A stretch of DNA of 64,000 bases from an uncultured delta proteobacterium (GCA_963699755.1 CAVOVB010000001.1:1472001-1536000); one strand, 5' to 3'; shown: positions 38,395 through 48,785, counted from the first letter of the stretch. Notes: a model not told the origin generated them from the letters alone. Program-made: numbers and translations.

Positions 38395-39042
38395 CTAGGG
38401 AGCGAGGCGCTGGATTCGCCAGCCTTCGCCGTCCCGATCGTATTGAAAGCGATCGTGAAGCCGATCGGGCTGACCCTGCCAGAACTCGATCGAGCTCGGC
38501 ACCACGCGGAATCCCCCCCAAAAGGATGGCAGTGGGACTTCTCCATCGGCGAACTTGCGCTTCATTTCATCGAGCTTCATTTCGAGCGCCTTGCGTGAGG
38601 TCAGCACCTGTGATTGCTTCGACACCCAGGCCCCAAGCTGGCTACCTCGGGGACGGCTGATGAAATACTTCGCTGTTTCGGCGCTGGAGACGCGCTCCGC
38701 GATGCCGTTGATCTCGATCTGCCTTCCGAGCTCCCGCCAGAAGAACAGGAGCGCCACTTTGCGATTGTCTTGGATCTCGCTCGCCTTGCGGCTTCCGAGA
38801 TTGGTGAAAAACACGAAACCGTCGCGATCGAAGAACTTCAGGAGGACCGTCCGAGCGCTAGGCGCACCTTTGGCATCGACGGTGGCCAGGGCCATGGCGT
38901 TGGGCTCCACATCGACGTGTTGGATCGCTTCGTCGAGCCATCGTTCGAACTGAACGAAGGGATCGGCGTCGAGATGCTCCCTCTTCAGAGGGCCGCGAAC
39001 ATAGTGGTGTCTCGATTGATGGAGGGAGTCGCGGTCAGTCAC
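38395..39042 (-). CDS. pdxH: Pyridoxine/pyridoxamine 5'-phosphate oxidase
   Basis: PNAMALAT, RTVLLK, FFTN..SRK, SRPRGSQLGAW, EFWQGQPDRLHDR, RLAP. Start set at GTG 39042. Confidence 0.95.
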   Translation of the reverse strand: MTDRDSLHQSRHHYVRGPLKREHLDADPFVQFERWLDEAIQHVDVEPNAMALATVDAKGAPSARTVLLKFFDRDGFVFFTNLGSRKASEIQDNRKVALLFFWRELGRQIEINGIAERVSSAETAKYFISRPRGSQLGAWVSKQSQVLTSRKALEMKLDEMKRKFADGEVPLPSFWGGFRVVPSSIEFWQGQPDRLHDRFQYDRDGEGWRIQRLAP

Positions 39043-40627
39043 GTCGGGTGGCCTCAAAGACGTAGCGTGCCACGTCGTCGATCTGTTCGGGGGTGAGCGT
39101 TTCGCCGAATGGGGGCATGGCACCGACGCCGTTGGTCACAGCCGCTTCGACTTGCTGGACGCTGCGCGCGAGCTCGTCGAGGTTCGGGCCGACAGCACCG
39201 GTCGCTTCGGCGTCGGCGAGCGTGTGGCAGGTTGCACAAGGGGGTGGTGCGGCTTCGGTGAAGACCTTGCGACCTCGCTTGCCCGAGTCGGACAATTGCA
39301 CGGGCTTGCGGGGCCCCTGTGGCGCCTGATCATGCTCGGGGGGCGGCGTGAGGCAGAGCTCGTCGTCGGAGCTGCATACCTGCACCGTGACGCCCATGTC
39401 CCGCCAGCTGTTGTTGCCGTAGCCCCGCTCGTTCTCGTTGCGGAGCTCGGGCTGCACGTCCCCGTCGACGTTCGTTGCGCGGCTGTAGAGCTTGACTGGA
39501 CCGGGGGCCTTCTCGAGCTCGAGCGCGAACAAGCGCCAGGCGTAGCGTCCGAGCTCGGGGCCGACGAAGCGTGCCCGCTGCCAGTGTTTGCCATCGGTCG
39601 ACACCTCGACCTTGGAAACCGCCTTTGTGCCTCCGAAGGCGACACCGGTGACGCGGAGCTTGCCCGCCAACACGGGGGTCTGGTCGGTTGGCATGGTAAT
39701 GAACGACTTGACCGGCATCTCCCACATGGCGGGCTGGTCGGGCGTGCCCTTCTCGCCGATGGGGCGCATTCGGTAGCCGGTCTGTTGGATTTTGGCTGGG
39801 CCTTGCTCTGCGGTGAAGGCGAGGTTCTTCACGAACTTGATCTGGTTGCAGCCAAAATAGCCAGGGACGATCAGTCTCAGAGGTCCCCCGTGGGAGCGCG
39901 GAATCGGCTCGCCGTTCATCTCCCAGGCGAGGAGACAGTCGTCCAGTGCCTTCGCGATTGGAATGGAGCGTTCGACGATCACCTGATTGCGATCGAGGCC
40001 AGCCGGGATGGGCTCGCCACCGGTCGTCGTGAGGTAGCGCATGCCCTTCACTACGCCGCCGAACTGCTCGACGACGGCGCGCAAGGGGACGCCACTCCAG
40101 ATCACACAGCCGGCGGCGCCCACCCCCCAGCGCGAGCCACTCGGGCCGTGCTTGTAGTATTTGCGGCCGTTGCCCGAGCATTGGAGCACGGTGGCAATGG
40201 TCGCGAGTCCGATGCGCTTGAGCGCGTCGACACGAATCTCGCCGGGCTGCTTCACGCCCTCGATGCGCGTGGTCCAGCCGTCGCGGTCGGCGACGAATTC
40301 AGGCGGCGGCAGCGGAAGATTCTGGCGAACGAACAAGACGCTGCTGGCCGTGAGCACGCTGGTGCCAAGCTTCTCGCGTCGGGTTTCGAGCGTGAGCGGG
40401 TTGTCGCCGTGCTTGATGAAGTTCGCCGGGTCTTTGTTGTCGGGGAGCGCTGGTGCCGCGGGCGCCGGCTCAGAAGACGCGTCAGGTGCCGAGGGCTCTT
40501 GTGGCGCCGTCGCCTCGCGGCAAGCGGCCACGGACGTCAGCAAGGCGCTACCGCCAAGGCCCAGTGTGCCGAGGACGAACTGGCGGCGTCCTTCTCGTGG
40601 GGAGTGTTCGTCGTGCGTGCTGGTCAT
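39035..40627 (-). CDS. Tat-exported sulfite oxidase-family molybdoenzyme (SorT-like) fused to C-terminal cytochrome c (SorU-like)
   Basis: RRQF twin-arginine signal then VAAC; LFVRQN, LQCSGNGR (Mo-ligand Cys), HGGPLRLIVPGY, dimerisation domain; C-terminal CATCH...GPNLD...MPPF. Start set at ATG 40627. Confidence 0.9.
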   Translation of the reverse strand: MTSTHDEHSPREGRRQFVLGTLGLGGSALLTSVAACREATAPQEPSAPDASSEPAPAAPALPDNKDPANFIKHGDNPLTLETRREKLGTSVLTASSVLFVRQNLPLPPPEFVADRDGWTTRIEGVKQPGEIRVDALKRIGLATIATVLQCSGNGRKYYKHGPSGSRWGVGAAGCVIWSGVPLRAVVEQFGGVVKGMRYLTTTGGEPIPAGLDRNQVIVERSIPIAKALDDCLLAWEMNGEPIPRSHGGPLRLIVPGYFGCNQIKFVKNLAFTAEQGPAKIQQTGYRMRPIGEKGTPDQPAMWEMPVKSFITMPTDQTPVLAGKLRVTGVAFGGTKAVSKVEVSTDGKHWQRARFVGPELGRYAWRLFALELEKAPGPVKLYSRATNVDGDVQPELRNENERGYGNNSWRDMGVTVQVCSSDDELCLTPPPEHDQAPQGPRKPVQLSDSGKRGRKVFTEAAPPPCATCHTLADAEATGAVGPNLDELARSVQQVEAAVTNGVGAMPPFGETLTPEQIDDVARYVFEATRRD

Positions 40628-41688
40628 GATCCATTCTCTGCCCGTGTCGTCGCCGGCCAGGCGCGTTCGAAGCAGCTGGCGAGCTCCTGTGCGGCGGGCT
40701 TGCCGCGTGGGGTGAAGCCGAGGTCGCGCGGTCCGCCGAAGCCAAACCAATTCCAAACATAGAACCCCGAGATGCTCGGGGTCTGCGCGAAGGCGTCGCA
40801 GAAGCTTCGGTAGAGGCGCTGCTGGAGGCGAGCATCGGGTCGCGCGTGAGACCGATCGTCCCATGGCTGGTCGGCCGCGCTGCTTTGGCTGGGGTAGCCG
40901 ATTTCGGTGACTAGGACGGGCTTTCCGACACGCTGTCGAAGCGCATCGATTTTGGCGCGCGGGGCCCCCCATGCGCGGGTCAGCGCCTGATCGGAGGGCG
41001 TCCGGTTCTCGCTCGTGAGCGGGAAGTAGGCGGTCAGGCCGACCTCGTCGAGGGCGTCCCAGAACTCGATGGCCTGGGTTCGGTCCCAGTTGGCCGAATA
41101 GCTGAGCGCTCCCAAAAAATCGCCGCGCAACTCGGAGATCAGGGCGCGCCACTGGTCTTGGTAGGGTTCGAGGGACCCGAGCTCGGAGCCGACGATGAAA
41201 CGCCTGGCGCCGGCGCTTTGCGCGAGGCGGGCGAGCGGCAGAATGAAGCGCCGGTACGATGCGAACCAGGCATCGAGCCCGTCCGCTGGCGCGATGACCC
41301 CGCGCCAATCATACGGGCCTCGCCTCAGCAGGCGGACCACCGGCATCAACGCTGCGCGCATGCCGGCCTGCTGCACCTGGATGAGGGTGCGCGCCACGGT
41401 CGCGTGGCTTGGCGAGCGACCGGGGCTCAGCGCGATGTCCGAGGCAAAGCGGTCCGTCTGGTAGGCGTTGACCACCACGAGCACGTCGGTCGCGCCTCGT
41501 GCGCGAATCTCTTCGATGAGCGGCCCATAGTCCCAGTCTGGATCGGTCGCGAACAAGCCGAGGGCAACGCCACGCACATAAGAGCGATCATCGACGCTCT
41601 GCCTCGATCTGGACGTGCCACGAGCAGCGCCGAACGCGCTTCCCAGAAGCAGGGCGAACGCCAGTGCTGCAAGTGCCGCCCCACGCAC
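40624..41688 (-). CDS. Secreted glycoside hydrolase family 113-like TIM-barrel protein
   Basis: Signal peptide; WRGVIAP, WFASY, IVGSEL (acid/base Glu), YSANWD, AYFPL, VTEIGY (nucleophile Glu), FTPRGKPA. Start set at GTG 41688, 1 nt after the upstream stop. Confidence 0.8.
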   Translation of the reverse strand: MRGAALAALAFALLLGSAFGAARGTSRSRQSVDDRSYVRGVALGLFATDPDWDYGPLIEEIRARGATDVLVVVNAYQTDRFASDIALSPGRSPSHATVARTLIQVQQAGMRAALMPVVRLLRRGPYDWRGVIAPADGLDAWFASYRRFILPLARLAQSAGARRFIVGSELGSLEPYQDQWRALISELRGDFLGALSYSANWDRTQAIEFWDALDEVGLTAYFPLTSENRTPSDQALTRAWGAPRAKIDALRQRVGKPVLVTEIGYPSQSSAADQPWDDRSHARPDARLQQRLYRSFCDAFAQTPSISGFYVWNWFGFGGPRDLGFTPRGKPAAQELASCFERAWPATTRAENGS

Positions 41689-41689
41689 T

Positions 41690-43546
41690 TTAGGGCTCCA
41701 CCGGAAGGTCGAGGCGGCTGTACTCCGCCCAGGAGCCGTCATAGTTGAGCATTTGATCTGGGCGGAAACCAAGCTGCGCAAGGGCGAAGTAGACCGCGGC
41801 CGAGCGCGTACCTGATTGGCAGTAGGTCACCACGGGCGTCTCGCTTCCTACGCCGTGGCCTGCCAAGAGCACTCGGAGCGCGTCGGGCGAGCTCAGACGA
41901 TGATCGCCAGCTTTGTCGCGCAACACCTCAGCCCAGTCGAGGTGCACTGCGCCAGGAATGTGGCCTGCGCGGGCGGCTTTGGGATGCTTCTCGCTGCCGT
42001 CGAACTCGATCGCGCTCCGCGTATCGATCAGCTGCACGCGGGGGTGCTCGGCGATGAAGGCCGAGGTTTCGGGCCAGTGTTGGGAGGGGGGCGATGCTGG
42101 TGCACGCAGGGCGACGTCACCGGTTTCCACTTGTAGGCCGTCGCCACCAGCGACGTAGTGGCCCGCCGCCTTCCAAGCTTGCAGCCCTCCATCGAGCACC
42201 CGTGTTTCGAACCCCGCGACTGCCTTCAGAGTCCACCAGAGTCGGTAGGGTTCGGGTCCGCCGTCGCCATAGAGCACCACGGTGCTGTCTCGATCCACGC
42301 CTCGATCGCGAAGCATTCGTTCGAGCTCGCCCGCAGAACGGGAGAGGCCTGGGATCTCTTCGCTGCTCGAGTAGTCACCGCGGTACACGCGTCGCGCGCC
42401 GGGAATGTGTCCCAGCGCGAAGCGGTCTTCCGGCCGCACGTCGATCACGACCAAGCTGTATGCGCCCAAGGCCTTGGCGAGCTCCGGCACGCTGACCATG
42501 CTGTCGGGGTCCAGGTAGCCGTCCGCACGGGCCCGACTTCCGAAATGTGCAATGGCGTTCTCCGCTTCCTGGGGGCTTGGTGAGTACGCATTCATCGCCG
42601 GGAACACTCCGGTCGGCTGCGACGCCGCGGCGACCTCACCCAGCATTGGGGTCTCGGGCCGAAGCTTGTGCGGCTCGCGCAGATACCAGGCTCCGGCCAT
42701 GACTAGGGCGCCGATGACGGACCAGACGATGGTGCTCTGCTTGGCGGGCGCCAGCCGTTGCAGCGGCCAGACCTCCTGGCTGAAGAAGTTATCGGGAAAA
42801 GTCTCCACGCCCTTGAAGCCCAGATGCGCAGGGGGTTCCGGCGGCATCTTCGCTGTGCCGAAGATCCAATCCCAGCAACTGAAGATGATCCCGTAGTTGA
42901 CCGTGGTCTTGGCAGTGCCCTCGTAGTCATGATGCCAGATGTGCATCCGCGGACTGTTGAGGACGTAGCGCCAAGGCCCATGGCCGAGGTCCAAGTTCGA
43001 GTGGTTGAGATGGCCGATCAAGGTGCCGAAGATCGCGTGAAACATCAGCGCCTCCCAGCGGAAGCCGAGGAAGACCAATGGGAGGTAGAGCACCGACTTG
43101 TAGACGATCACCTCGAGCCACGAAAAACGGAAGGAGACGATCCAGTCCATCTCGCCGTCCTTCACGCTGTGGTGCGCCTTGTGTAGCTCCCAGAGGAATG
43201 GAACTCGGTGAAGCGCGTTGTGGACACACCACTGAATGAAGTCGATGACGACGAGAGCCACGATGATCTGCGCCCAGAGCGGCCAATCCGCCGCGGCGTT
43301 GCGATACACTGCGTCGGTTAGCCCCTTGGCGCTGAGCCAGCGGTCGATGTAGGGCAGTATCCAGGTGCTGGCCAAGCCCGCGAGGAGAAGCCCGAGGAAG
43401 TGCCCGTTGAAGACGAGATGAATCAGGTCCGACCAGAGCTTGGGGCGCAGCTGTTTTTGTTCGGGTCGCCATGGGAAGAAGCGCTCGAGAAGAAATACCA
43501 GCCCGGACAGCGCCGCCAGGCTAATCGGGTACAGATAGGCCGTCAT
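41690..43546 (-). CDS. Fusion of sterol desaturase / fatty acid hydroxylase-family membrane enzyme with a tandem-domain rhodanese (sulfurtransferase)
   Basis: His boxes HNALH, HKAHH, HLNH, HIWHH; extra TM helix; two rhodanese repeats (GHIPGA twice), active loop YCQSGTR, terminal YDGSWAEY. Confidence 0.88.
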   Translation of the reverse strand: MTAYLYPISLAALSGLVFLLERFFPWRPEQKQLRPKLWSDLIHLVFNGHFLGLLLAGLASTWILPYIDRWLSAKGLTDAVYRNAAADWPLWAQIIVALVVIDFIQWCVHNALHRVPFLWELHKAHHSVKDGEMDWIVSFRFSWLEVIVYKSVLYLPLVFLGFRWEALMFHAIFGTLIGHLNHSNLDLGHGPWRYVLNSPRMHIWHHDYEGTAKTTVNYGIIFSCWDWIFGTAKMPPEPPAHLGFKGVETFPDNFFSQEVWPLQRLAPAKQSTIVWSVIGALVMAGAWYLREPHKLRPETPMLGEVAAASQPTGVFPAMNAYSPSPQEAENAIAHFGSRARADGYLDPDSMVSVPELAKALGAYSLVVIDVRPEDRFALGHIPGARRVYRGDYSSSEEIPGLSRSAGELERMLRDRGVDRDSTVVLYGDGGPEPYRLWWTLKAVAGFETRVLDGGLQAWKAAGHYVAGGDGLQVETGDVALRAPASPPSQHWPETSAFIAEHPRVQLIDTRSAIEFDGSEKHPKAARAGHIPGAVHLDWAEVLRDKAGDHRLSSPDALRVLLAGHGVGSETPVVTYCQSGTRSAAVYFALAQLGFRPDQMLNYDGSWAEYSRLDLPVEP

Positions 43547-43602
43547 TCAGGTTAGGGATAGCACGTCTTTTGCAAGTGATCGCGCCGTGGTATCACCCGG
43601 GG

Positions 43603-45300
43603 ATGACAGTCCTCCTCAATCCCAAAAAGCACAGCCGACCCTACCCGGACGAGCGCTCCCGTGAAGTGATGCTCAAGACGATCGAGTTCTTCGAGCGGAA
43701 AGGAAAGGCGCGCGTCAAAGACGACTATCACGCGCGGGTTTGGTACGCAGACTTCCTCGATTTCGTCAAAGAGGAGAGGATCTTTGCGACCATGTGCACG
43801 CCAGCGGGGCAGGGTGCTCCGGATTCGCGATGGGACACCTGGCGGATTTGCGAGTTCGCGGAAATCCTCGGTTTCTACGGCCTGCAGTACTGGTACACCT
43901 ATCAGGTCACCGTGCTCGGCCTCGGGCCGATCTGGATGAGCGACAACGAGGCGATCAAGGTTCGGGCAGCGCGCGCCCTCGAGCAGGGCGGGATCTTTGC
44001 ATTCGGCTTGTCGGAGAAAGAGCACGGCGCCGATGTCTACTCGACCGACATGATCCTGAGCCCGCAGGGCGACGGCAGGTATCGCGCAAACGGTAGCAAG
44101 TACTACATCGGCAACGGCAACGAGGCCGCAATCGTATCGACTTTTGGAAAGTTTGCCGATTCCGGTGACTACGTGTTCTTCGGCGTGGATTCTCAGCACG
44201 AAGACTATCACCTGATCAAGAACGTCGTCGCCAGTCAGAACTACGTGTCGGAGTTTGCCCTGGAGGACTACCCGATCGAGGAGAGCGACATCATCGCTAG
44301 GGGGGAGCACGCGTGGAACAGCGCCCTCAACACGGTCAACATCGGGAAGTACAACCTCGGCTGGGCCTCGATCGGCATGTGCACCCATGCACTTTACGAA
44401 GCGATTCATCACGCGTCGCATCGGCGCCTCTACAACATGTCTGTCACCGACTTTCCACATGTCAGGCAACTGTTCACCGACGCCTACGCGCGCCTGACGG
44501 CCATGAAGCTCTTTGCGCTTCGAGCCGCGGACTACATGCGCGTCGCCTCCCCCGAAGACCGCCGCTACCTACTCTATAACCCCATGGTGAAGATGAAAGT
44601 GACGACCCAGGGCGAGGATGTGATGAACCTCATGTGGGACGTGATCGCAGCGAAGGGCTTCGAGAAAGACATGTTCTTCGAGCAGGCCGCCGTGGACATC
44701 CGCGCCTTGCCGAAGCTCGAAGGCACCGTGCACGTGAATATCGCGCTGATCGTGAAGTTCATGGCGAACTACTTCTTTGCGCCCGCTGATTACACGGAGG
44801 TGGCGCAGCAGAGTCAGGCCGCCAACGACGACTTTCTCTTCGCCCAGGGCCCCACCAAAGGGCTTGGGAAGATTCGATTCCACGACTACAACATCGCCTA
44901 TGCGAGCCGAGACACCCCGAACCTCGCGGTCTTTCGGGAGCAAATCGCCGCCTTCAAGGAGATGCTGTTCGCGGCGCCGCCCGACGAAGGACAGAGAAAA
45001 GACATCGACTTCCTGCTTGCTGGTGGTGAGATCTTCGCGTTGGTCGTGTACGGCCAGCTGATCTTGGAGAATGCGAAGACCCACGACATCTCCGATGATC
45101 TGATCGACCAGATCTTCGACTTCATGGTCCGCGACTTCTCGCGCCATGCCCTGAGCCTCTACTCGAAGCCGTCGAGCAACGCGACCCAGATGGCGGCTTG
45201 TCAGAAGATGATCCGCAAGCCCGTGTTCGACGCAGAACGCTACCAGCGTGTCTGGCAGCAGGTACACGAACTTCGCGACGAATACGAAATGAACCCGTGA
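43603..45300 (+). CDS. Acyl-CoA dehydrogenase family protein
   Basis: AFGLSEKEHGADVY, NGSKYYIGN, LNTVNIGKYN, LPKLEGT. Confidence 0.9.
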   Translation: MTVLLNPKKHSRPYPDERSREVMLKTIEFFERKGKARVKDDYHARVWYADFLDFVKEERIFATMCTPAGQGAPDSRWDTWRICEFAEILGFYGLQYWYTYQVTVLGLGPIWMSDNEAIKVRAARALEQGGIFAFGLSEKEHGADVYSTDMILSPQGDGRYRANGSKYYIGNGNEAAIVSTFGKFADSGDYVFFGVDSQHEDYHLIKNVVASQNYVSEFALEDYPIEESDIIARGEHAWNSALNTVNIGKYNLGWASIGMCTHALYEAIHHASHRRLYNMSVTDFPHVRQLFTDAYARLTAMKLFALRAADYMRVASPEDRRYLLYNPMVKMKVTTQGEDVMNLMWDVIAAKGFEKDMFFEQAAVDIRALPKLEGTVHVNIALIVKFMANYFFAPADYTEVAQQSQAANDDFLFAQGPTKGLGKIRFHDYNIAYASRDTPNLAVFREQIAAFKEMLFAAPPDEGQRKDIDFLLAGGEIFALVVYGQLILENAKTHDISDDLIDQIFDFMVRDFSRHALSLYSKPSSNATQMAACQKMIRKPVFDAERYQRVWQQVHELRDEYEMNP

Positions 45301-45336
45301 CGGGTTCGGCCAGCCGCCGCTCGACTGCCGAAGCGA

Positions 45337-46359
45337 TCACTTCGCTGGCGAGAAGATGCCGGCGAGCTCGTCCTTGGCGTCTCGGCTCATCAGCCGCGTC
45401 GCCTCTTCGGGAAGGGACGCACCCTGGTGGCAGACCCTGTAGACCGCCTCAGAGATCGGCATGTCCACGCCTTCGCGATGCGCGAGCTGGTGAACCGCAA
45501 CCGAGGTGCGATAGCCCTCCGCGACGGCCTTCTGGGAGGTCACGATCTCCTGTGCGGTCTTGCCTGTGGCCAGCTGCTGGCCGAGTTGACGGTTGCGAGA
45601 CAGCTCGCCGTTGCAGGTGAGGCTCAGGTCGCCCACGCCGGCAAGGCCCAGAAAAGTGAGGGGGTTCGCGCCGAGCGCGACGCCAAGGCGCGTCATCTCG
45701 GCGAGGCCGCGGGTCATCAGCGAGGCCACGGTGGAAGCTCCGAGTCCGAGTCCGTAGGCGGCTCCGCAAGCCACGGCGATGACGTTCTTCAGCGCACCTC
45801 CGAGCTGTACCCCGACGATGTCATCGCTGGCGTAGACTCGAAGGAGCGGAGAATGGAGGATCTCTTGGACCCGGCGGGCCGTGTCGATGTCGGCGGCAGC
45901 GAGGCTCACATCTGCGGGGAGCTGCGACGCGATGTCTTTCGCGAAGCTCGGGCCGGAAAGGTAGGTCGCGCTTGCGACGTGCTCTGGCAATGTTTCTGCG
46001 AGCACCTCGCTCATGAGCGCCAGGCTCTCCTGTTCGATACCCTTCGCCGTGGAAGTGACCAGGGCGCCAGGCGGGATCAGTGGTGCGGCCTGCGACGAGA
46101 CCGCGCGCATGAAGCTCGACGGCACGACGAGCAGGACCAAGTCGGCTCCGTGCAGGGCCGCTGCCATGTCGTTTGTGAAGAGCAGATCCGTCGGTACGGG
46201 GAAGCCCGGAAGGTAGACGGCATTCTCGCCTTCGGAGGCGACCCGCTCCGGCAGTCCGTCGTCGTAGGCCCAGACGCGCGTGCGATGCCCCAGGTTGGAA
46301 GCGTAGAGGGCAAGGGAAGTGCCGAAGGCTCCGGCACCGAGGACGCATACGTTATTCAT
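45337..46359 (-). CDS. gpsA: NAD(P)H-dependent glycerol-3-phosphate dehydrogenase
   Basis: [41 protein letters not shown]. Start set at ATG 46359. Confidence 0.95.
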   Translation of the reverse strand: MNNVCVLGAGAFGTSLALYASNLGHRTRVWAYDDGLPERVASEGENAVYLPGFPVPTDLLFTNDMAAALHGADLVLLVVPSSFMRAVSSQAAPLIPPGALVTSTAKGIEQESLALMSEVLAETLPEHVASATYLSGPSFAKDIASQLPADVSLAAADIDTARRVQEILHSPLLRVYASDDIVGVQLGGALKNVIAVACGAAYGLGLGASTVASLMTRGLAEMTRLGVALGANPLTFLGLAGVGDLSLTCNGELSRNRQLGQQLATGKTAQEIVTSQKAVAEGYRTSVAVHQLAHREGVDMPISEAVYRVCHQGASLPEEATRLMSRDAKDELAGIFSPAK

Positions 46360-46563
46360 GGAGCTCGCTCGTTCATGGGCGCGAGGAAGGTAACGCCCCG
46401 GCCGCGCACCCGTCAATCGCTCCGCGAACCGCGTTCGAGTGCGCTATCAGCCGAGCCGCGCAGGATCCCAGGCTCAAGCCCCAAGACCGGGACGTGGCCC
46501 TTGGCCTCTGCGGAGGCCGGGACTAGACTACGCACCGGATGCCATGACGTAGAGGAGGTCCGG

Positions 46564-48777
46564 ATGCAACGCTGTCTGGTCATACACCTCGGCGACGAGA
46601 ACGAGGACTTGATCGCCACGCTGGGCGAGCGTCGTGCGAAGGTGCTGTGGCGCGGCTGCCGGCGTGAGCTCGATCGCGCTCGGGCTCTGGTGCGCGAGCA
46701 CGATGGCAAAGTCGATGCGATCGGTTTGGATGGGATCCCGATCAATCTGGAGCTTGGCGACGCCCATCGGCGCTACCAGGCAGGGCGGGAGCTTGCTGCC
46801 AGCGCCACGCGAACGCTCGTCGTGGATGGGAGCGGCGTACGCCCGGGGCTCGAGCGTTGGAGCATCGTGCTGGCCAACCGAGCAGAACCGGGAATCTTCA
46901 GTCAGAAGCACGTTCTCATGGTGCCAGGCGTCAATCACGTCGGGCTTGCACGCGCGCTCGGGCGATTGACGCCCCATGTCGACTACTACGATCCCGAGAT
47001 CTTCTTCGGCCTTCCCGACATGCCCGGTGTGGGCAGCCCGCAAACGCTCGGAACCGCCGACGCGCCCACGCTCGAGGCGCTCAAGGAAGCGCCGCTCGAC
47101 AGGCTCTCGCCAGCGCCAGACGGGAGAACGCGCCGTGCCACGACCCATTTTCGCTGGGCCGACGTCATCGCTGGCGATGCCGGGATGATTCGCCACTTCG
47201 CGCCTACCGACTTGCGCAGGAAGACAGTCGTGGTGCCATGCGCGACTGAGGTGGACATCGCCGACTTCCGAGCTCGCGGGGCGTCGATCCTGGTGACCCT
47301 GATGCCATCGCTCGAGGAAGGCGTGCCGATCGCCCGGCACTCGGTGGCATTGATCGAGGCAGTGCTGGTGGCGCTCCGCGAGGACCAGACCGCGCCGCTG
47401 ACCGAGGATGCGTACCTCAACTTCATGGCAGAAATTTCTTGGCGTCCGTCCATTCGCTACCTTCAAGAGGACGAGCAAGACATCAACCGGTTCGCTTTCG
47501 TCATCCACCCGCTCGACATCGGGTTCGTGCACAAGCATCCCGACTTCAAATGGACCAAGTACCTCCCTGACCGCGCTGTCGAAGAGGTGGCGGCGTACCT
47601 CAAACCGATGTACGTCGGGCGAATCGCCGGCGGCCGTTCGCCCACCACCGGCCAGCGCATCGAGGGCCACCTCTTCGCCCTCGGCTCCACGCCGCGCCAG
47701 ATGATGCGCCACCGCCCTCGGTTCACCTACGATCGGCTCCATGAGGCCGCCAAGATGGCCGAACGCCGAGGCTGTCGACTGATGGGCCTGGGCGCGTTCA
47801 CCAGCGTCGTCGGTGATGCCGGAAAGACGGTTGCCCACGAGGCTGCCATAGCGATCACGAGCGGCAACAGCCTCACCGTTGCGGCCACGCTCGAGGCAGC
47901 CAAGCAGGCCGTGGTCAAGATGGGCGCGACCCAACTGACCAAGGGCCGAGCGATGATCATCGGTGCGACTGGATCGATCGGCGCGGTGTGCTCACGGCTC
48001 CTGGCTCAAGCCATCAATGACGTGGTGTTGGTGTCGATCGAGCCGGAGAAGCTCATCGACCTCAAGCGTACGATGGAGAAGGAGACGCCGGGCACCAGGG
48101 TGACCATCGCATTGCGGCCGGGCGACCTCGCTGCGGACTGCGACCTGGTCGTCACTGCGACCTCCGCGTTCGGCCAGCGCATCCTAGACATCAGCACCTG
48201 CAAGCCTGGCGCGGTGATCTGCGATGTCGCTCGTCCGCCGGACATTGGCGAGAAAGAAGCTGCGCTGCGACCGGACGTGGCGGTCATCGAGAGCGGCGAG
48301 GTACTGATACCAGGCGATATCGACATCGGCTACGACATTGGCCTGCCGAAGGGCACCGCCTACGCCTGTCTCGCCGAAACCGCCCTGCTAGCCATGGAAG
48401 GCAAGTTCGAGAGCTACACACTGGGCCGCGATATCGACATGGACCGCGTCAAGGAGATCTACCGGCTCTTCAAGAAGCACGAGTTCCAGATCGCGGGACT
48501 GCGCTCTTTTGGCAAGGTGCTTACCGATGAGGACTTCGCCGAAAAACGCAGACTCGCCGCCGCGCTCACCGCCGACCCAGAACGGCTCGCCAAGACTCGC
48601 GCTGAAGTCAGCGCGCGTATCGCCGAGATGCCTGTCGAGGCCAAAGGGGTCCGCAGTGGCAGCGGCGCCATCACACGATTGGCCAACTTGGCCGGGCGCA
48701 TCCCTATCCTGTCGAATGCCGTCGAGCAGCTCCGCGTGTTCCGGAGCGAGGACGAGTCCGAGACCCTGGCGGAGTAG
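46564..48777 (+). CDS. Two-module oxidoreductase-like protein with C-terminal acyl-ACP-reductase-like (COG5322-type) domain
   Basis: C-half: [50 protein letters not shown]...KHEF. N-half: [17 protein letters not shown]. The ORF-track extension from 45427 is antisense to gpsA. Confidence 0.75.
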   Translation: MQRCLVIHLGDENEDLIATLGERRAKVLWRGCRRELDRARALVREHDGKVDAIGLDGIPINLELGDAHRRYQAGRELAASATRTLVVDGSGVRPGLERWSIVLANRAEPGIFSQKHVLMVPGVNHVGLARALGRLTPHVDYYDPEIFFGLPDMPGVGSPQTLGTADAPTLEALKEAPLDRLSPAPDGRTRRATTHFRWADVIAGDAGMIRHFAPTDLRRKTVVVPCATEVDIADFRARGASILVTLMPSLEEGVPIARHSVALIEAVLVALREDQTAPLTEDAYLNFMAEISWRPSIRYLQEDEQDINRFAFVIHPLDIGFVHKHPDFKWTKYLPDRAVEEVAAYLKPMYVGRIAGGRSPTTGQRIEGHLFALGSTPRQMMRHRPRFTYDRLHEAAKMAERRGCRLMGLGAFTSVVGDAGKTVAHEAAIAITSGNSLTVAATLEAAKQAVVKMGATQLTKGRAMIIGATGSIGAVCSRLLAQAINDVVLVSIEPEKLIDLKRTMEKETPGTRVTIALRPGDLAADCDLVVTATSAFGQRILDISTCKPGAVICDVARPPDIGEKEAALRPDVAVIESGEVLIPGDIDIGYDIGLPKGTAYACLAETALLAMEGKFESYTLGRDIDMDRVKEIYRLFKKHEFQIAGLRSFGKVLTDEDFAEKRRLAAALTADPERLAKTRAEVSARIAEMPVEAKGVRSGSGAITRLANLAGRIPILSNAVEQLRVFRSEDESETLAE

Positions 48778-48785
48778 CCTACCAC

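Noticed and set aside
39152..40762. 536-aa plus-strand ORF
   Set aside because: Antisense shadow of the sulfite dehydrogenase gene, typical of high-GC DNA.
40628..41308. N-terminal extension of the 757-aa ORF (39035..41308)
   Set aside because: Arg-rich off-frame reading of the GH113 gene; the Tat signal begins at ATG 40627.
45427..46563. N-terminal ~380 aa of the 1116-aa ORF (45427..48777)
   Set aside because: Exactly antisense to gpsA with no recognisable motifs; the real gene most likely starts at ATG 46564.
41690..48777. Desaturase plus acyl-ACP-reductase-like gene as a split CER1/CER3-type alkane pathway
   Set aside because: The desaturase is fused to a rhodanese, lies in a different operon and is separated by two genes; only proximity supports the idea.
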